A stretch of 54,078 nucleotides of DNA, counting the filler, from Jimgerdemannia flammicorona (Eukaryota), in assembly GCA_003990765.1 (NCBI GenBank). It is 2 parts of 2 records of this genome, joined end to end, with 100 filler letters (N's around TTAATTAATTAA, not from the genome) between each part and the next. Parts side by side here need not be neighbours in the genome. Positions count along the whole stretch, not along the records: positions 27,092 to 54,078 come from RBNJ01000673.1; 1 more part is not named here. The stretch is one strand, 5' to 3'. The notes under the pieces were generated by a model. The model did not search any database. It saw nothing but the letters and a program-made list of their open reading frames with translations, and had not been told where the DNA came from. Below, piece after piece: positions 50,520 through 54,078 of the stretch. The position numbers and the translations under genes are program-made. How positions within the stretch are numbered: the stretch's first letter is position 1; every line of letters begins with the position of its first letter.

Positions 50520-52025
50520 TGTCATATAGTGGTCATTGAGTCCTTCAAATATACCAGATTCTCTTCAAGATGTATCTCTTAGACTAACTCAAGTTTGTTA
50601 TAAGCAAGTTCTTATTGGAGTGCCTTTCCAAGATCTTATAGTCCTCAAACTTCTTATCTTTAACTGTCTTGTTATCTCTTAAATTGCTTGTAAGAAAGTA
50701 TGTATATTATACTGAGAAGACTGACTTTATTTCAAAGGAAATAAGAGGGGTATTTATACAAAATATAATTTAATGATTGCTAAGATATAAAGCTAAATAT
50801 AAATTCTAATAACTAAAACTACTAAGTTCCAGGATCAGTACTGATAGTTGTATAAGTTCAGGATGCTGGTATAATTCAGTGTCATATTAAAATACTGGTG
50901 CTGGAACAATTTCGTGTCACCTCAGAATGCCAGTGCTGGCATTATCTAGTGTTACATCAAAATACCAGTGCTGGCATTATTCAGTGTAACAAAGAACTTA
51001 GAGCAGAAAGTTCAGGATCATGGAGGCTTCATCCTTATCATCAGAGGTCAGGATATCTTCAAAGAAGATGAGGTCCACAAATTTATCATTTTCACATACT
51101 TCAATGTCATGTAGGATAACATCACATTTGGCAGGGAAATTAGGGGCTCTCCAATCTATGAGGTTCTCTTCCATAAAATAAGGAACAAATGTAGAGTCTT
51201 GGGGAGGTCTAACCTGAATGCTTGGGCCCTGGAATACTGAGATCAATCCTTACAGAAATTGATCTGGGTTGTCCTGGAGGATAGGATGCCAGAAGTCTTC
51301 TACTTCATCACTATTAAGGGTGATAGTAGACTGGGCTTCTGTAGCCACTCTGGCTTCTAGTACATTGATATGGTGAGATGATAGGTCTCTGAAATCTGAG
51401 ACTCTAATATACTCTAAGTTGGGGATTGACTATGGTACATGCCTGAAGATCTGATGAATCTTCTTAGCTATTCTTATCTTGCATATATCTATAGGAGTGG
51501 TATCTTGTAGCTCTTGAGGGCTGGCCTGTAGGAACTCCTGGCAGAGGTGGTTTTCTATTTCATACTCCTGCCATATTTGGAGATATTCAGTAGCAATGGT
51601 GATCCTTGTTTCCATTTCATAGTGGTAGAGGATATAATGATAGGAATCTATAGTACCTAGGTCAATACTAGGAGTCCTTCTTGAGTAGATCCTCATAGCT
51701 CTCTTGATGTCTTAGAACATCCTTTCTTCAACTGAGGTACCTTAGTGGTTTCTTGACCTTGAGATTTGGCAAGCAGCAAGCATTTCATTTGTGGTAAATC
51801 TTTGAGCTATTTTGGAATTGGTGGGTCTTGTTGGTTGCTGCTACTGTGATTCCTTGATCCTTCTTTTATATTCTTCAGGATACTTGTACTATGGTCACAA
51901 TGACTCACAATTGGTCATCATTGCTCATCTCATATGCTGTATAATCTCCTTGTGCTCTGATCCAGTAGCTTGTAAGAAAAGACTGTCTTCTGTGCTGATG
52001 TCATCATTCTGAGATCACCATTACA
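50520..52025 (-). repeat. Gypsy-2 5' LTR (1506 bp), with second copy of the LTR ORF at 50998-51783
   Basis: TGTAA...TGACA on the minus strand, followed by PBS. Confidence 0.92.
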
Positions 52026-53900
52026 ATATATAGAGACTTCTATCTAATTTATAAATAAAAAGAATTAGTATACTATATAGTGATTTTAATAGATAGATAA
52101 GACCTTTGCTTACTAATTCTACTAATTGTTTTTTGAGAATCTCTAACTTAGATTGGACTAGTCAATAGATTCCATAGTAGAGAGAGTCTGAACTATAAAT
52201 AGTTTCAATACTATATTCTACTACTTGGGTAGATAGCAGTTTTTAGAATTTTTAAAAAACATCTTTATATTTCTTAAATAGTTCTTAAAGATTATCTTCT
52301 TCATTATCTTTATTCTTCAGGAGTTTAGAGAGTTTTTCATTATCTTCTTCTAAGATTTCTTTGACTATATATATATAGATATACTAGTCTGATTTTTTAA
52401 TCAACTTCTTTATCTAAATAGTAGAGATAATATTATATCTGGGCTTGGGTTTCTTCTTGATATACTCAGGTTGTAATTTGATATCTCTTAGAGAGATTAT
52501 ATTAGTTCATCAATCAATATGGGGATTTTTCTGAGTAAGCCAGGATTTTCTGAGGATAAGGTTATACATATCTAGAGAGATGTGCAATATAGAAGATTTG
52601 TCTTATAATATAATTTCTGAGTTATAGGAGTGTATTCTTATATATCTTAGAGAGTTTTTATATTATTCTATTTCTAAATATAGCCATGTTTCCTTCTGAG
52701 TTCCTCTATATCTTGAGGTAAAATTTATTAGTAGTTTTTTTTATCAATATAATACTTTCTTGATCTACTATCAGTAAGAACTTTAACAGGGGTTTTTTTA
52801 ATTTTTTCTTGAAGACAGATATATTCTATATTACCTTCTTATCAGATAGTAATTATTTCTGAGATAGTTTCTTCTTTTCAATTTTGTACTTCTTTATCTT
52901 TGTTATCAATATTCTTAATTTCTTTATCTCATCATTCTGGAATAATTGGCTTATACTTCTTAAATTTGAGTATATATATAATATAACTAGTAATATATTC
53001 TCCTATATTTGAAATAGTATATCTTGATTTTATAAAGATATCATTCTATAGAGATATATCCATCAGTAATATACTAGTATCATTTCTGGTTTCAGTCTTA
53101 AGGTTTTTCAATACAGATGATCTTCTGTATCTTAGTCTTCTCTTTGACCTTATCAGGGTGCTTTCCTGTTGATCCAAAAGCTTTTTCTCCTCTATTAAAA
53201 GGTGATAGTTTATTTGTTTCTTTAACTTTAAGATCATTATATATTATCTCAATAATAATTTCACATATGATTTCAACTGCCTTCTGTCTAGTATTATATA
53301 GCAGGACCTTGATATCACTTTTAAATCCTTAGTCTACAACTCCTCTAGCTATATAAAGTCTCTCTTTTTTAGTTAGACTACTTTTTTTTATAAAGTAGAT
53401 ATAGGTTTTTTTAGAGACTTCCATTCTAATACCTGTACTAATGATTACTTATTTGTTTAATTCAATAGTTACTTCTATACTAGAGTAGAGATTATAGTCA
53501 GTATCAGATTCATATACTTTGTTGAAGATTTTTATAGTAATATAGAATCTCTTGATCTTGATTTTTTCAGAAATTTCTTTGAGATTATCTCCTATTATAG
53601 TAATAGTATATGAGGAGAATAATTTTTTATTTATATTAGTCTTTTGTCAGGGCATTTACAAGACATATGTTCTCTTTTTTTACAGTAAAAATATACTTCT
53701 TTCTTTATAAGTTCTTTTATTTTCTTATCAAATAGTTTCTTGAATCCACTTTATAGTCTTGAAGGCTTATTTTAAAGTTATACTTCTATGAATCTAGGCT
53801 AGCTTTTGTCCAGTAGCTTGATCATACTAGATATAGTAGAGCTTATGATAGCCTATATCTTATTCTATATATTATACTTTTCCTATTATCAGGGAAGAAG
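52026..53900 (-). pseudogene. Old Gypsy relic B, gag/protease/RT N-terminal portion
   Basis: Decayed PILFVxKxDGSLR next to 52026; zinc-knuckle remnant FYCKKREHMSCKC at about 53650-53692; extreme AT enrichment. Confidence 0.6.
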
Positions 53901-54078
53901 TAACTATATGCTTATAACTGAAAATATACAGTGACATCTAAAACTATAACAATACTTACAATTTTTTTAAAAAAATATATTTTTTGGCTGAAATACTTAT
54001 CTAATTAAATCTAAATAATTACCATAGATGGAATGGTATGTTAGCTTTCAAACTGTTTTTTTTTTTTTTTTTTTTTTT

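Larger units (their letters stand above)
43297..52025 (-). mobile_element. Ty3/Gypsy LTR retrotransposon 'Gypsy-2' with dUTPase and ORF-bearing LTRs
   Basis: LTRs 43297-44820 and 50520-52025, ATATAT on both flanks, PBS TGGTGCTC, PPT TTTAGGAGGAAGA, gag-PR-dUTPase-RT-RH-IN. Confidence 0.95.

Noticed and set aside
54056..54078. Terminal poly(T) run
   Set aside because: Could be the A-tail of a minus-strand LINE or a contig edge; nothing in the window to decide.

Overview
Eukaryotic, probably fungal (short GT-AG introns, heavy CpG/CpA-to-T decay), repeat-dense DNA with no recognisable host housekeeping gene. It is a stack of nested transposable elements. There are two long-LTR Ty3/Gypsy elements that both encode dUTPase plus extra ORFs (1237-11971 +, 43297-52025 -). 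A Copia element (12979-18153 -) sits inside a Penelope-like element (11972-21137 -). Two full-length copies of an L1/Tx1-like LINE lie at 21138-26991 and 35284-41124. There are also two very old Gypsy relics, an assembly gap, and a hAT DNA transposon (27092-32441) with a cognate foldback MITE (34256-34794). The standout is the hAT element. Between its intron-containing transposase and its right terminal inverted repeat it carries a convergent five-exon gene of about 461 codons with a TET/JBP-like 2OG-Fe(II) dioxygenase signature. This element is the only long stretch of the window that still has abundant CpG, consistent with (but not proving) a transposon-borne anti-methylation system.
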